Positions 36,019-46,247 of a stretch of DNA of 64,000 nucleotides are shown one piece after another. The translations under genes and the position numbers were made by a program. The notes under the pieces are model-generated. The model saw only the letters and a program-made list of their open reading frames with translations, had not been told where the DNA came from and made no database searches. Numbering within the stretch: position 1 is the first letter of the stretch; each line of letters opens with the position of its first letter. Source of the stretch: a virus (taxonomy: Duplodnaviria > Caudoviricetes). The DNA lies in the IMG/VR virus record IMGVR_UViG_3300014204_000130, positions 44,146 through 108,145 of that record; one strand, written 5' to 3'.

Positions 36019-36243
36019 TTATTTCCTCGTAGAATTTCTTGATTCGAATCTGAGCCTTATTGCTTCAAACAAATCACTATCAATGGTTTCATCAAGTAAA
36101 ATAATCCCATTGATATTTAATCCAAGCATATCTTGTACTTTTGATACTTCACAATATGTGAAGTATGATGAATCAAGCGATTTCAAAAATTCCAAATATT
36201 TCACATGATCTTTGGTTACTACACAGATACTTTTGGTATTCAT
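36019..36243 (-). CDS. hypothetical protein
   Basis: AGGAG RBS before MNTKS. Confidence 0.55.
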   Translation of the reverse strand: MNTKSICVVTKDHVKYLEFLKSLDSSYFTYCEVSKVQDMLGLNINGIILLDETIDSDLFEAIRLRFESRNSTRK

Positions 36244-36393
36244 TGTTAGACTCCTAATTGATTGTTTGAAGTAAGAAGATATGAACTGTTTCTTGATTAC
36301 GAAAGTTTGACTTCCAACCACCAATTGAACATTAAGTTAGTGAAGCAAAAAGCCCTCGTGGTGGGATAGACATCCATTCATATCTTCCAACAT

Positions 36394-36487
36394 TGGGAAG
36401 AGTGGGATTAGAACCCACGGGAATCCTTCTTTAAGGACTCTACGACACGTTACAACGTCGTGCAATAAACCACTCTGCCATCTTCCC
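36394..36487 (-). tRNA. type II (long variable arm) tRNA, Tyr(GTA)-like, with an 8-nt anticodon loop
   Basis: Acceptor GGGAAGA/TCTTCCC plus discriminator A; D-arm GCAGAGTGGTTTATTGC; anticodon arm CGACG-TTGTAACG-TGTCG; 8-bp variable stem; T-arm GTGGG-TTCTAAT-CCCAC; no encoded CCA. Confidence 0.75.
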
Positions 36488-36596
36488 ATGAGAGGTGTTG
36501 GTGTCCGATAAACAAACTCCACCGTTTATAAGACACCAACACCATAGACGTATATCCGGCCTAGATTTTCCAATCAGATATACGCCCGCGAACTCT

Positions 36597-36626
36597 ATGT
36601 TAAAACATCAACAATGAAAATGTCAA
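36597..36626 (-). promoter_or_regulatory. sigma70-type promoter upstream of the tRNA
   Basis: TTGACA-N18-TAACAT. Confidence 0.5.
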
Positions 36627-36628
36627 TG

Positions 36629-37762
36629 TTAAAATGGGATTCCTGAAAATTCCACTTCGGGAACTTCGATTTCTTTCTTCTCTTTCAGAAGATTGAAAAT
36701 CAATTGAATGTTACTGTTGAGCTTTCCAGAATCAGCAATCAATTTGGATTTCAAGAAGAATGCATTGATTGCATCTACAAATTCCTTATTCTTTGTATTT
36801 GATTTCAGGATATCAGGAGTAATCTTTTTCATTGTTGGAAGTTCTGGTTCCAACTCCAACGATTCAACCGAATCCAATTCAAGATCATCCATTCCAATAT
36901 CTTCCGTTTTTTCACTTTGAATCTCGGATTTTCCATCCAATTCATCCAACGAAAGATTTTCGGAATCGTCGATAATTACCGTAGGATCGTCATGCTTGTG
37001 GGAAGTATTGGAATCCACATCTTCTTCGATTTCCCCACCTTCCAACAAGGCTTTGATTTGGGCGGGAGTGCGCTTCCGAATCACACAATCTTCCAAATCA
37101 ACTTCTCCACCGGATTCGTAATCACGGGCACGAAGATCTGAAAGTCTGGAATATAAGGACTTCGCTTGCTTCTCCAATTCGGGAGAATCGACATTCATCA
37201 GTGAGTAATCAACCTTCTTCTTGTCAGACATGGTTTTCGTATAGAACCAGACCAAATCTTGAATTCCTGAGATGGGTTTCTTTTCACGCTTTCTGGCCGT
37301 TTCAACGATTTGCTCGATCTTCAACCCTTGAACCCTAGTGAACCGGACAGCATAAAATTGTTCTTGTTCGTCGTCAATCTGAATGGCATTCACGTAGATT
37401 TCTTCACTTACAATCAGATTGATCTTGGCTTGAATATCCTTCAACTGTTCTTGATTGGCCTTTGAATCGGAATCCTTGCGAGATTTTACGATCTTCCAAA
37501 CATTCCAAAGTTTTTCCACTGGAACACAAATCGGACACCCCTTACCGCGTTCGTTTGGATGTTGATTTGAACAATCAATGACATCAAACTTTGCATTTGG
37601 AAAAAACTTTTTCACATTGAAATGCATACGATGATAACAAACAACCAATTCTGGAATCCAAAGTTTGTACTGCTTTCCGATTTCCATTTCCTTCTGAGCA
37701 ATCTTGCGGAATTCCCGAGTTCCAGATGAACTTTTAAGGTCCGACATTCGATACAGAGCCAT
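36629..37762 (-). CDS. single-stranded DNA-binding protein (gp32-like)
   Basis: H...C...CPIC Zn motif, long acidic region, C-terminal ...GIPF; located in the replication cluster. Confidence 0.6.
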   Translation of the reverse strand: MALYRMSDLKSSSGTREFRKIAQKEMEIGKQYKLWIPELVVCYHRMHFNVKKFFPNAKFDVIDCSNQHPNERGKGCPICVPVEKLWNVWKIVKSRKDSDSKANQEQLKDIQAKINLIVSEEIYVNAIQIDDEQEQFYAVRFTRVQGLKIEQIVETARKREKKPISGIQDLVWFYTKTMSDKKKVDYSLMNVDSPELEKQAKSLYSRLSDLRARDYESGGEVDLEDCVIRKRTPAQIKALLEGGEIEEDVDSNTSHKHDDPTVIIDDSENLSLDELDGKSEIQSEKTEDIGMDDLELDSVESLELEPELPTMKKITPDILKSNTKNKEFVDAINAFFLKSKLIADSGKLNSNIQLIFNLLKEKKEIEVPEVEFSGIPF

Positions 37763-37774
37763 GTTTATTCTCCT

Positions 37775-38566
37775 CTAATCTTCGACGATGGTGTGGATAT
37801 TATAAAAGAATCCAACTCCATCCGTAATCAAAATGGATTTCGGGGCGAAATACATCTTTACATTTTTCCTATCAGACTCCTTTTCGATTGCGTTTACCAT
37901 TTCCCGGAAACCTGCTCCAACCATTACCATTGGGATATCGCCGGTCCCAATTTGTTGAATGGTTTGCATCTTTCGGTTCAAACATTGTCCAATGGTTTGG
38001 TCTTCGATGGAACAGTTCAAGATTTTATTCTTCACAAAAAACTTGTAGAATTCCAACTTAAATGCTTTTGCATCTTTCAGAATAGTTGATAATGCTGAAA
38101 CTGGAACTTCATACCCTGAAAGATATTCGATTGATCCATTGAAATATGTCAAGTTCAATTGATCAAAGAACTTCTGACTTGTATCTTCATCATATGTTTT
38201 CAAACGTTCATATGACTGCAAACAATCTGCTCCGCTTGCAGGAACCAATTCAACCTTCATTCTACCAACTGCCGAACCATCGGTAATGATGTAAAGATTA
38301 TCCGTTGATTTTACACGGATAATATCGGTTTCAATTCGATTCAAAACTGCATAAACCTGTTCAAGTTTCGCAATCCGAATTTCCCCATCTTCCGTTATTT
38401 TGAGATTCTTTTCATAAACCTCACAATAAATGTTTGAGTTTGAGTTTGTGAATTTTGCAAAAAGTGTTCCATTTGCCGAACGTAAATACAAATCTTGGAT
38501 GAGGCCGGAAAGCATACACTTATGTAAAAACTGCTTGAACACCTCTACGTTAACCTGAAAATCCAT
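37775..38566 (-). CDS. putative sliding clamp (PCNA/gp45-like)
   Basis: ~263 aa with alternating beta/alpha pattern, next to SSB and helicase, in a genome with PolB and RFC; no diagnostic motif. Confidence 0.5.
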   Translation of the reverse strand: MDFQVNVEVFKQFLHKCMLSGLIQDLYLRSANGTLFAKFTNSNSNIYCEVYEKNLKITEDGEIRIAKLEQVYAVLNRIETDIIRVKSTDNLYIITDGSAVGRMKVELVPASGADCLQSYERLKTYDEDTSQKFFDQLNLTYFNGSIEYLSGYEVPVSALSTILKDAKAFKLEFYKFFVKNKILNCSIEDQTIGQCLNRKMQTIQQIGTGDIPMVMVGAGFREMVNAIEKESDRKNVKMYFAPKSILITDGVGFFYNIHTIVED

Positions 38567-38586
38567 TTGTGCTTCCTCCGTGATAA

Positions 38587-38615
38587 ATAGTAACATGCTT
38601 CATTCTAACTGTCAA
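38587..38615 (-). promoter_or_regulatory. sigma70-type promoter
   Basis: TTGACA-N17-TACTAT with TG extended -10. Confidence 0.65.
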
Positions 38616-38643
38616 GTAATAACTTTAAGAGAATAATTATTTA

Positions 38644-40299
38644 TCAGTTCGCTTCTGCCAACGCTTTTTCTATGTCTGAATCATCCATAGCATCAGGGTT
38701 TACAGCCGTTGTGTTTACCAACGTTGGGACATCCTCAATACCGATTTCGTAATTTATGTCGGATTCTTTTCGAACTCGATCAGGAAATTTGTCCAACGTT
38801 GGACGGTCCACTACTTCGACGATTGGATTGGTATTTTTTACGGTTTTCGTTTCGATATTCTTATAATCTCCCGCTTCTTTTGCGAATTCAAATTCATCTT
38901 CAATCCAATTCATCTTGTAGAATTCTGGAATAATATATGTTATCAATCGAACTCCAGAACGTACTTTAAACTCACGAGCTGTCAATCGACCTTCAATAGT
39001 ATTTCCATCGGTTCCTTTATGAATATGCAATTTATCTGAATCGCTTTGTTCTATTGCAATCAACAAATCTGCAATCGAAGAAGCTTTATCGGAAGATGCA
39101 CCTGTTTCGTCGGAAATCTTCTTTGCTCCCCGATTTGTCTGTTGAGCACTGAATATTACACACTTATGTTTTCTTGCAATTGATTTCATTTTTGTATACA
39201 AATGAGCTTGAGATTTCCAATCTTGTTCTACAACATTCTTCAATCCAGAAATCATATCTCCGATGTAATCCACAACCACTAGATCAGGTTTGAATGGATT
39301 ATCGGAAATTATTTTATCCACAACTGCCGGAGAACAATTTTCAGGAACCCCATAAATCATGAGATCTGTATCATTGTTTCCATAATCTTTAATCTTATCC
39401 CGCCAACTTTGTAACTTTGCAGGACTCTCAACGATATGAGCCAAAGAGAATTCTTCGGTATGTTTGAACTTTGTAATATGTGAATCCATACGAAATGCAT
39501 ACTCATTGGCAGACATCTCAATTGTGATTATGATGACCTTAATTCCTTTAACTTTACCCTTTTGTTCAGGTTTGTGAAATGCTCTTGAATATACTCCACA
39601 ATAATTACTGAGTGCAACTCCCATCAAAAACATCGACTTGCCCATATTTGTTCTTGCTTGAAACATGGCAAATGAACCGGGTTTCAATGGAGGGTTGAAA
39701 TTGTCAAAGTTCTTGAATCCGGTCCAAACTACTCCAGCTTGTTCCGGATTATTCTTCAGTTCTTGTAAGTATAATATGCGCTGCTCAATGTTTCCTTTTA
39801 ATGAAACCAATTCAATATTAGAATCATAATTTATGGATTTCTTGATAATATCAATTTTCAATTCTAAGTCTTGAACGGATTCCTTAGATGTTTTAACACC
39901 CACTTCCGCAACAGTTTGTGCCATCGCTTTAACAATTTTTCTATTGTGGGAATGCTCTTTTAATTGTTGAGCATATGAGATACAATCAATATCTGCAATC
40001 TTACTTTCTTTAATTTCCAACAAAGATGCTTTAATCTTTACCTTGTCTTCATCTCCTATTTCTGGAAGCCCTATTGCAAAATTATAGAAGCCAGAGAACG
40101 ACACAAGGTTATTAGTTTTTAAATATTCGTCGTTGAGGATATTGTAAATTTGTCTATAATTTGGGAATGCAAAATCTTCAACTTCGACCAGTCCACGAAT
40201 GATTTCAAATGTAGTTACACCATATTTGAAAATAGCAAACAGTAAAGAAGATTCAACATGTTTGTTTTCAGTTTTTCTATTATCTCTTTGTTCGGACAT
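38644..40299 (-). CDS. dnaB: DnaB-family replicative helicase
   Basis: TGF..FD, ARTNMGKS, TIEMS, VVDYI, SAQQTNR, ADLLIAI. Confidence 0.88.
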   Translation of the reverse strand: MSEQRDNRKTENKHVESSLLFAIFKYGVTTFEIIRGLVEVEDFAFPNYRQIYNILNDEYLKTNNLVSFSGFYNFAIGLPEIGDEDKVKIKASLLEIKESKIADIDCISYAQQLKEHSHNRKIVKAMAQTVAEVGVKTSKESVQDLELKIDIIKKSINYDSNIELVSLKGNIEQRILYLQELKNNPEQAGVVWTGFKNFDNFNPPLKPGSFAMFQARTNMGKSMFLMGVALSNYCGVYSRAFHKPEQKGKVKGIKVIIITIEMSANEYAFRMDSHITKFKHTEEFSLAHIVESPAKLQSWRDKIKDYGNNDTDLMIYGVPENCSPAVVDKIISDNPFKPDLVVVDYIGDMISGLKNVVEQDWKSQAHLYTKMKSIARKHKCVIFSAQQTNRGAKKISDETGASSDKASSIADLLIAIEQSDSDKLHIHKGTDGNTIEGRLTAREFKVRSGVRLITYIIPEFYKMNWIEDEFEFAKEAGDYKNIETKTVKNTNPIVEVVDRPTLDKFPDRVRKESDINYEIGIEDVPTLVNTTAVNPDAMDDSDIEKALAEAN

Positions 40300-41227
40300 T
40301 GGTAGGTCGATCCTTTCCAATGTTATCCAAACTTGTATCTTCTGGAATATTTGCAATTGGAACAATTGAATTTTTTACTGAAATGGTTTTCGATTCGCTC
40401 AATTTAAAACAATTAGCTAAGTCTGGATCACTCGATGATAGTTTTGCAATCGGAGAGTGTTTGAACTTACCAGAAATCGTTTGAACTTCGATTGGTAGAT
40501 AATTGTTCTCAATGATGGTCGCCAAAGATCCCTGAAAAGTTGAATGTAACTGCTTCCGGGTATAATTGGTTGCAATGATCGTAAACCGACCATGAGTTTT
40601 ACGATCATTTAAAAATTCAGTCATTTTATTATAAGCAAATCCTCCAAGTGCAAACTTCTCAGTTTCAGTAAGATTGAATGCATCTATCAATAAAATAGGG
40701 ATATTTAATAACTTATCCCTAAGTTTTGCTCGTTCAATGTTTGTTTCTGTTTTATCTTTTTCAAAATTAAACACGGTATCTTTTAATCTTGCAAAATCGA
40801 TTGATGCACCTTCATATTCTAAATCGATCAACCTTTTAAACAAAATTGTTGCAGCACTTCCAGATCCATATGATATTCCATCATCATGGATATAAACAGC
40901 CAGAGAGTATTTTAAAACCAAAAATTGAATTTTGTTATATATTTGCTGGAATCTTTTGTAAAATTCTGGAACAGCAATGATTTTCAAATCTGCCAATGTA
41001 TGTTCAATGTAATCATTGTTTATATTACATTTAAGATAATCAATAATCTTATACAACTTACCAGTACACTCTGGACAATCTCGAAAATATGTTCCATCTT
41101 CTTTTTCAATTACGACATGTCCCTTACCACCACATTCTTTATTTGGACAAATCTTTTTAAGCTCATCCAACATTTTTTTACATTTTGCAAATTGTTCTGG
41201 AGAATCAAACGTAATTTCTTTTCTCAT
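40280..41227 (-). CDS. DnaC/IstB-like helicase loader with a degenerate ATPase
   Basis: N-terminal CPNKEC...CPEC, LLIDAF, LNDRK...TIIATNY; Walker A is eroded; directly upstream of dnaB. Confidence 0.6.
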   Translation of the reverse strand: MRKEITFDSPEQFAKCKKMLDELKKICPNKECGGKGHVVIEKEDGTYFRDCPECTGKLYKIIDYLKCNINNDYIEHTLADLKIIAVPEFYKRFQQIYNKIQFLVLKYSLAVYIHDDGISYGSGSAATILFKRLIDLEYEGASIDFARLKDTVFNFEKDKTETNIERAKLRDKLLNIPILLIDAFNLTETEKFALGGFAYNKMTEFLNDRKTHGRFTIIATNYTRKQLHSTFQGSLATIIENNYLPIEVQTISGKFKHSPIAKLSSSDPDLANCFKLSESKTISVKNSIVPIANIPEDTSLDNIGKDRPTNVRTKR

Positions 41228-41706
41228 GATATCCTTCCGAGAATCTTTTCAATGAATTCCTTCGAATTTATCACACACGATTCGCGATCCTTCTGAACTT
41301 TCAGATATTCAATGAGACTATAAATGATATCCTTTCGTTGAAACATTATCATTCGCAAATCCAAACAAAGATCAGAATTCAATTTTGCTTGGTTATGCTT
41401 TTCTTTTAATTTAGAATATTCCTCTTGATAAATTGCAATTACTTGATTGTCAATTCCATCCTTTGTTATGTTCTTTACTGAATTTTTATCCAGATTTTTC
41501 TTAACAGATACTCGTCTATCTGCCATAAACTTCTCAAATTCCAAATCAATATTATTGAATGCTTTTTCAAATTCAGCACGCAATTCTACAAGTTCAATTA
41601 GCGTTTGCTGAGTTTTATTGGCTTCAATTAAAGCTTCCTGAATACTGGCGACATTATCCAAGAAAATACGGTTTAAATCACAATATTTCTTCAGTCGAGA
41701 ATCCAT
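41224..41706 (-). CDS. UvsY-like helical recombination mediator
   Basis: Coiled coil with a T.DGIDN.V...Y..L pattern; genomic context. Confidence 0.45.
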   Translation of the reverse strand: MDSRLKKYCDLNRIFLDNVASIQEALIEANKTQQTLIELVELRAEFEKAFNNIDLEFEKFMADRRVSVKKNLDKNSVKNITKDGIDNQVIAIYQEEYSKLKEKHNQAKLNSDLCLDLRMIMFQRKDIIYSLIEYLKVQKDRESCVINSKEFIEKILGRIS

Positions 41707-41746
41707 GTGGCATCTTACACCTTTCTCATATAATTATCAAGGAGAA

Positions 41747-44056
41747 TTACCACAAATCCATTCTACCCTGCCGAGAGTTCGCCATCTTCTTTGTCGATCC
41801 AAAGTCCTTATAGCGGGACCAATCCGTTTTGGGGAAGACGGATTCTAATATCCTCTCCAAAGCCGGGTAAAGTTTCTTGGCCCAAAAATAAAGTCTGTCG
41901 AATTTTCCATCGAAAAATCGGGCGGCCTTTGGAATTGGTTTTCCTTCTCGATCTTGAGATTCTATGAAATAATCAATTTTGTCTCCTACATAGACTTGGA
42001 TTCCCTTACTCCGGAGATCTTCAACGACTTTCAAATGTGCAAGATCAACTGCATACTCTTCAACTTCCTTTGTAAGTTTTTGAGCAATCTTTATCATTTC
42101 AATGTCGTTCAATTGATAAAGAACGAAATTGCGAAGTTTATGAATTAAATCCTTCATTTGTGTTTCAGATGTATCCCCATCCAAACATTTAATGATCAAC
42201 GCCTTCTGTTCTTGTTTAAGCAACTTACTTGAATCAGTCCTAACGTATTCAAGTCCTTTAACATATAATTGAGATGGAATTTCTTTCCCATCCATATATG
42301 TCAAATAACCAGCATATCGTTTCTTTGCTTTCAAGATCATTAACTTCTTGAATGTTTTATCGTGTTCCATTGAAAGATGGCTTACATCGCAATTGAATTG
42401 ATTTATTACTTTATCTTTACAGATAGCATTTATCTTTTCTACAATCCCTGGGATTGCATTTCTATCTTTTATAGATAAAAACAAGGAATCTGTATCTCCT
42501 GCAAGTATCTTATGTCCAATTGATTCCAAATATGATGCAATTGTCTTTGTAAAAAATTGTCCTCCAAGTGTTGTAGATTCTGCAATTCGAACATCGTAGA
42601 ATCTTGAAGTCCTCAATCCCATAGCTCCATAGAACGACAATGCAAATGCCTTGAATGCATATGCAGAACGTTCTGCATTTTTATATTCAACACTTGATTT
42701 GTCAGAGCATGATTTCATAATTCCCTTATATTTGTCACGCATGTTGGAAATATTCATCATCAATTTTGGAATAATCCCAATCATATCTTTTCGGAATTTA
42801 TGTCCGGCTGGAGTAGTAATTGTCAAATTCTCCGGAACATTCATTTCTTTTTCAATGATTGTATCTGGTGAAATATTAAACGTTTGAACAACTGTGACGT
42901 ACAACGCATGGAAATCAAGAACATTTACATCTTCATATACTCCAGAAACTGGATTAAATACAATTGCCCCTTCAAATGATCCTTCATCGTCTAATTCTTC
43001 TTGTGATTGTTTAACTTTTGTTTTGAAATGAAACAATTGATCTTCATAAGTTTGCCTTAGCAACAAATTATCAATTTTCCGAGTAATGTATATGTCATCA
43101 CACGGACACTTACCAACTAGATTCATCTCTCTTGCTATTGAAAGAAATTTGGTTTTCGCTTCGATTTCAAACATTCTACGAACATCTATCAGATTGTATT
43201 CCCGGAGTTTCGGTTTATTACACAAGAACAATTCGAATATCTTTTCCTCATGTTCCATCTTACCTTCACCTGTTACGGCTTTAGCAACATAGTCCAGAGA
43301 ATAACTTGGAAGTTGAGGTCCAAGTTTCTTGTAAATCTGCATATGATCTTGAAGGAATTTCTTTCTCCAATCTATTTGAATACCATACATTGCAAATCTG
43401 GTTTTCAATACAGGAGCATCAAATCCAAGTAAGTTCCATCCGCAAAGAACGTCGTATGTTGCTATTACTCTTGCTATAAGTTCCAGAACTTCTTTTTCAT
43501 GTTCATCTGATCTGGATTTTGCACATACCCATGCTTCTTTACCCGTAATAAAATCTTTGAATGCACAGGATAATACTTTACATCTTGAAGGATCTATCTG
43601 ACCTGTAAGATGCTCATCGTCCGTTTCAATATCCAACCCGACTATCTTGAATTCCGATTCAAATTGAATGTCATTGTCGATCATCCAACGTTTATGCACC
43701 AACAAATCAGCTTCATATGTTTGGATATTTCTTGATCGTAAAAGTTCTTTCACTTCAAAGAATTCTCGATCCCGATATTCCCATACGAAATTACAATCTT
43801 TATCAAGCAACTCCGATGCATGTGTTCTGTCAATATAAACCCGAGTATAATGAGACTCTTGTTCATACTTTACAACTTTACGCTGTTCTTTCAACAATGT
43901 GAACGTGGAACGATGAGTTTCATAATCTGAATTCTTTACAAAGAAATACCAATCGAATTTGGCTTCTCCAAGATTGGTTCGTTTGGTTTCTTCATCACGA
44001 TACACGTATTTGACTTTATTATGGCCCGCGTCCCAAGCCCGCATTATCTTATGCAT
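41747..44056 (-). CDS. polB: family B DNA polymerase with 3'-5' exonuclease
   Basis: LDIETD, GWN..GFD, YSLDYVA, YN..DV; polymerase motifs DFHALY, KAFALSFYG, GDTDS, KKRYA, KGLE. Confidence 0.93.
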   Translation of the reverse strand: MHKIMRAWDAGHNKVKYVYRDEETKRTNLGEAKFDWYFFVKNSDYETHRSTFTLLKEQRKVVKYEQESHYTRVYIDRTHASELLDKDCNFVWEYRDREFFEVKELLRSRNIQTYEADLLVHKRWMIDNDIQFESEFKIVGLDIETDDEHLTGQIDPSRCKVLSCAFKDFITGKEAWVCAKSRSDEHEKEVLELIARVIATYDVLCGWNLLGFDAPVLKTRFAMYGIQIDWRKKFLQDHMQIYKKLGPQLPSYSLDYVAKAVTGEGKMEHEEKIFELFLCNKPKLREYNLIDVRRMFEIEAKTKFLSIAREMNLVGKCPCDDIYITRKIDNLLLRQTYEDQLFHFKTKVKQSQEELDDEGSFEGAIVFNPVSGVYEDVNVLDFHALYVTVVQTFNISPDTIIEKEMNVPENLTITTPAGHKFRKDMIGIIPKLMMNISNMRDKYKGIMKSCSDKSSVEYKNAERSAYAFKAFALSFYGAMGLRTSRFYDVRIAESTTLGGQFFTKTIASYLESIGHKILAGDTDSLFLSIKDRNAIPGIVEKINAICKDKVINQFNCDVSHLSMEHDKTFKKLMILKAKKRYAGYLTYMDGKEIPSQLYVKGLEYVRTDSSKLLKQEQKALIIKCLDGDTSETQMKDLIHKLRNFVLYQLNDIEMIKIAQKLTKEVEEYAVDLAHLKVVEDLRSKGIQVYVGDKIDYFIESQDREGKPIPKAARFFDGKFDRLYFWAKKLYPALERILESVFPKTDWSRYKDFGSTKKMANSRQGRMDLW

Positions 44057-44418
44057 CAGAATTTTCCACACCTTTCATTAGAACTATGAATCTCTCCACA
44101 TCCACAACGATATGGTTTCTTTTTTTGTGTTGGATCAATATCCAATACAAGCTCCAAAAGCGTTAATTGTTCTGCCAATCCGGTTGCTGCAACGTCAGAA
44201 CCAGAAATCGTTAATTCGGCTGGAATTACTTTCCTCATGAAAATTAGTAGGTTTTCGGAAGCAGTTTCCACATTTCGTAATCTATGTTCCAATTCATGAA
44301 TCTTCTTTCCACATTCACCATGAACTTTATCATTCTCATCCCAATATCGATTCATCTTATTCAACTCCATTTGTTCAATCTTCAGTTTCGTAAGTACAAG
44401 TCTTTGGTTATGATTCAT
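44056..44418 (-). CDS. hypothetical protein
   Basis: Translationally coupled ORF. Confidence 0.55.
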   Translation of the reverse strand: MNHNQRLVLTKLKIEQMELNKMNRYWDENDKVHGECGKKIHELEHRLRNVETASENLLIFMRKVIPAELTISGSDVAATGLAEQLTLLELVLDIDPTQKKKPYRCGCGEIHSSNERCGKF

Positions 44419-44771
44419 TCTTCCACTTCGATTTCATCTTCGGATTCGTCCAACGTTGGACTGTCATCTTCTTCGATCTCGATCTTTTTCACAACTTCAA
44501 AATCCGACATTTCCCGAGGACGTTTTCCAAAGCGATAGGGAAACAATGGACATGTCGGAACTGTACATTTTTCCACTTCGGAATATTGATATCCCGCGCA
44601 ATCCAAACACTTTGCCCGGATTGCCTTGATGGGAGTTTTCAGATCAATCCCAGATGCTATTAGATTTTCCCGCTGTTCCGCTCCCGCCTTCCGGGTGAGT
44701 TGGGCCTTCCGCTGCATTTCAATGCGCTGTTCTGGTGTAATTGATGCTAAGCCTTTTGGTTTCTGATTCAT
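44415..44771 (-). CDS. Zn-finger protein of the 'KAIRAKCLDC' type
   Basis: TPIKAIRAKCLDC...EV.KC...CPL.PYRFGK.P. Confidence 0.7.
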   Translation of the reverse strand: MNQKPKGLASITPEQRIEMQRKAQLTRKAGAEQRENLIASGIDLKTPIKAIRAKCLDCAGYQYSEVEKCTVPTCPLFPYRFGKRPREMSDFEVVKKIEIEEDDSPTLDESEDEIEVEE

Positions 44772-44938
44772 TTATGCTACTCCATTTATCTTTGGTATTT
44801 GTGACATTACTCTTAAAAACAAGTGACATGCTTCTTCACTATCAAACACAGCCAATTGATATTTATCCGTTTTAGTTATTTTGAATTCCGTTGCTAACAA
44901 AACCCATTGAGATTCATAATTTTTCGTAATTTCAAAAT

Positions 44939-45214
44939 TCATTTCTTTTTACCTTTCTCTTCCATCTTTTTAAAACTCAATGCGATTGATTCAACGGCAA
45001 AATCGTATAAGATTATAATCCACGCAAAGACAGACTTGATCGTATCCCAACCATTCCAACTTGTAACTCGTTTATTGCTATGGATATCATACCATCCATC
45101 TCCAAATGTTTGATCTTTATTTAACCATCGAATAACTGGAGCACAGATCAAACCAATCAACATGTAAATAAGCATGTAAAATATTGGAGTGGATAGAAAT
45201 TGATACAACATCAT
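44939..45214 (-). CDS. small membrane protein, paralog of 45211-45414
   Basis: Shared G.I.AP.IRW..KD...WN..DT motif. Confidence 0.6.
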   Translation of the reverse strand: MMLYQFLSTPIFYMLIYMLIGLICAPVIRWLNKDQTFGDGWYDIHSNKRVTSWNGWDTIKSVFAWIIILYDFAVESIALSFKKMEEKGKKK

Positions 45215-45414
45215 TTCTTTTCACCTTTATTTTCGAATGTTTTCAACCAATCGGATGCAAATGCGATTCCATAATGTATGAATAATATGGGCCAAAGACC
45301 AATGGTTACTACTGTATCCATAACATTCCACTTGTAATCTGTATATGAAGAATCCTTTCTACTCCATCGTATGAACGGTGCGGTAATCACACCAAGGATG
45401 AAATACAGAATCAA
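45211..45414 (-). CDS. small membrane protein, paralog of 44939-45214
   Basis: Shared motif; both end K.EKK or KGKKK. Confidence 0.6.
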   Translation of the reverse strand: MILYFILGVITAPFIRWSRKDSSYTDYKWNVMDTVVTIGLWPILFIHYGIAFASDWLKTFENKGEKK

Positions 45415-45597
45415 TCAATAGATTGTCATTTCTTCGATAGACATATTATTCCTTTAGATCTGAAAGTCTTTCGGCTAATACTATTAAAACCATCGCTATG
45501 TAAATTTCCACACCCAATTTCCAATTATCCAATCCACCTTGGGAAATAATACATAGCAAACAAGCAATCGTTCGGAACATACAAGCAACACTTTTCT

Positions 45598-46056
45598 TCA
45601 TCTCATATTCTCCGGTCTTCCAATAGCTTTCCAAAAGATTTTTGCCGCCTTATTCGGACTGCCATGTAATTTAGCTTTGCCGTCCTTCAGCGATATTTCT
45701 ACCAATATCTTCCCGTCCTGATCCACAATGTTAAACGATTTCGGCCTTACCATGTAATTTTTTACCCGAAAGTCATCGTTGGGAACCATAAATGTAGCTG
45801 TATCAAACAATGTCGTATTTGTGGTTGAGTCATGAATTATTCTGCAATACTTTCCCGACAACACATCGTATATTTTATCCTCTGTTTCCAATAAGTCTTT
45901 GTATGCTTTGGTTAATCTCTTTGCCGCTGAATTTGTAGCCTTCAACGACGCAATCAACTTAGTTTGTACTTCTTCCAAACTCCATTCATGTTGTTTCGGT
46001 TCAACACTCAACAACCAGCAAAACCAACTGAGCTGACATAATATTGTTAATATCAT
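45598..46056 (-). CDS. hypothetical protein with an N-terminal hydrophobic segment
   Basis: Translationally coupled ORF. Confidence 0.55.
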   Translation of the reverse strand: MILTILCQLSWFCWLLSVEPKQHEWSLEEVQTKLIASLKATNSAAKRLTKAYKDLLETEDKIYDVLSGKYCRIIHDSTTNTTLFDTATFMVPNDDFRVKNYMVRPKSFNIVDQDGKILVEISLKDGKAKLHGSPNKAAKIFWKAIGRPENMR

Positions 46057-46247
46057 AATGTTTTCACCAAGTATTCCATGAGTGCTTTCTTATCCTTATA
46101 ATCCTTATAAGCACTCAAGATGAATGGTTGCCTCTTTTTAATTTCAGATTTCATATCTTCAAATACCTTATCGTCTTCCCAATCTCCATAAGTCTCGAAG
46201 TGTCGTTTCAATGTCTCTATATTGTCTTCGTATTCTTCATCAGTCAT
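46053..46247 (-). CDS. hypothetical protein
   Basis: ATGA coupling. Confidence 0.5.
   Translation of the reverse strand: MTDEEYEDNIETLKRHFETYGDWEDDKVFEDMKSEIKKRQPFILSAYKDYKDKKALMEYLVKTL

Noticed and set aside
36290-36393. Theta/HDV-like ribozyme 3' of the tRNA
   Set aside because: P1, P1.1 and L3 could not be assembled from the sequence.
41747-44056. Inteins or introns in polB, dnaB or recA
   Set aside because: Motif spacing is continuous, with no intein N-/C-terminal signatures or ORF breaks.
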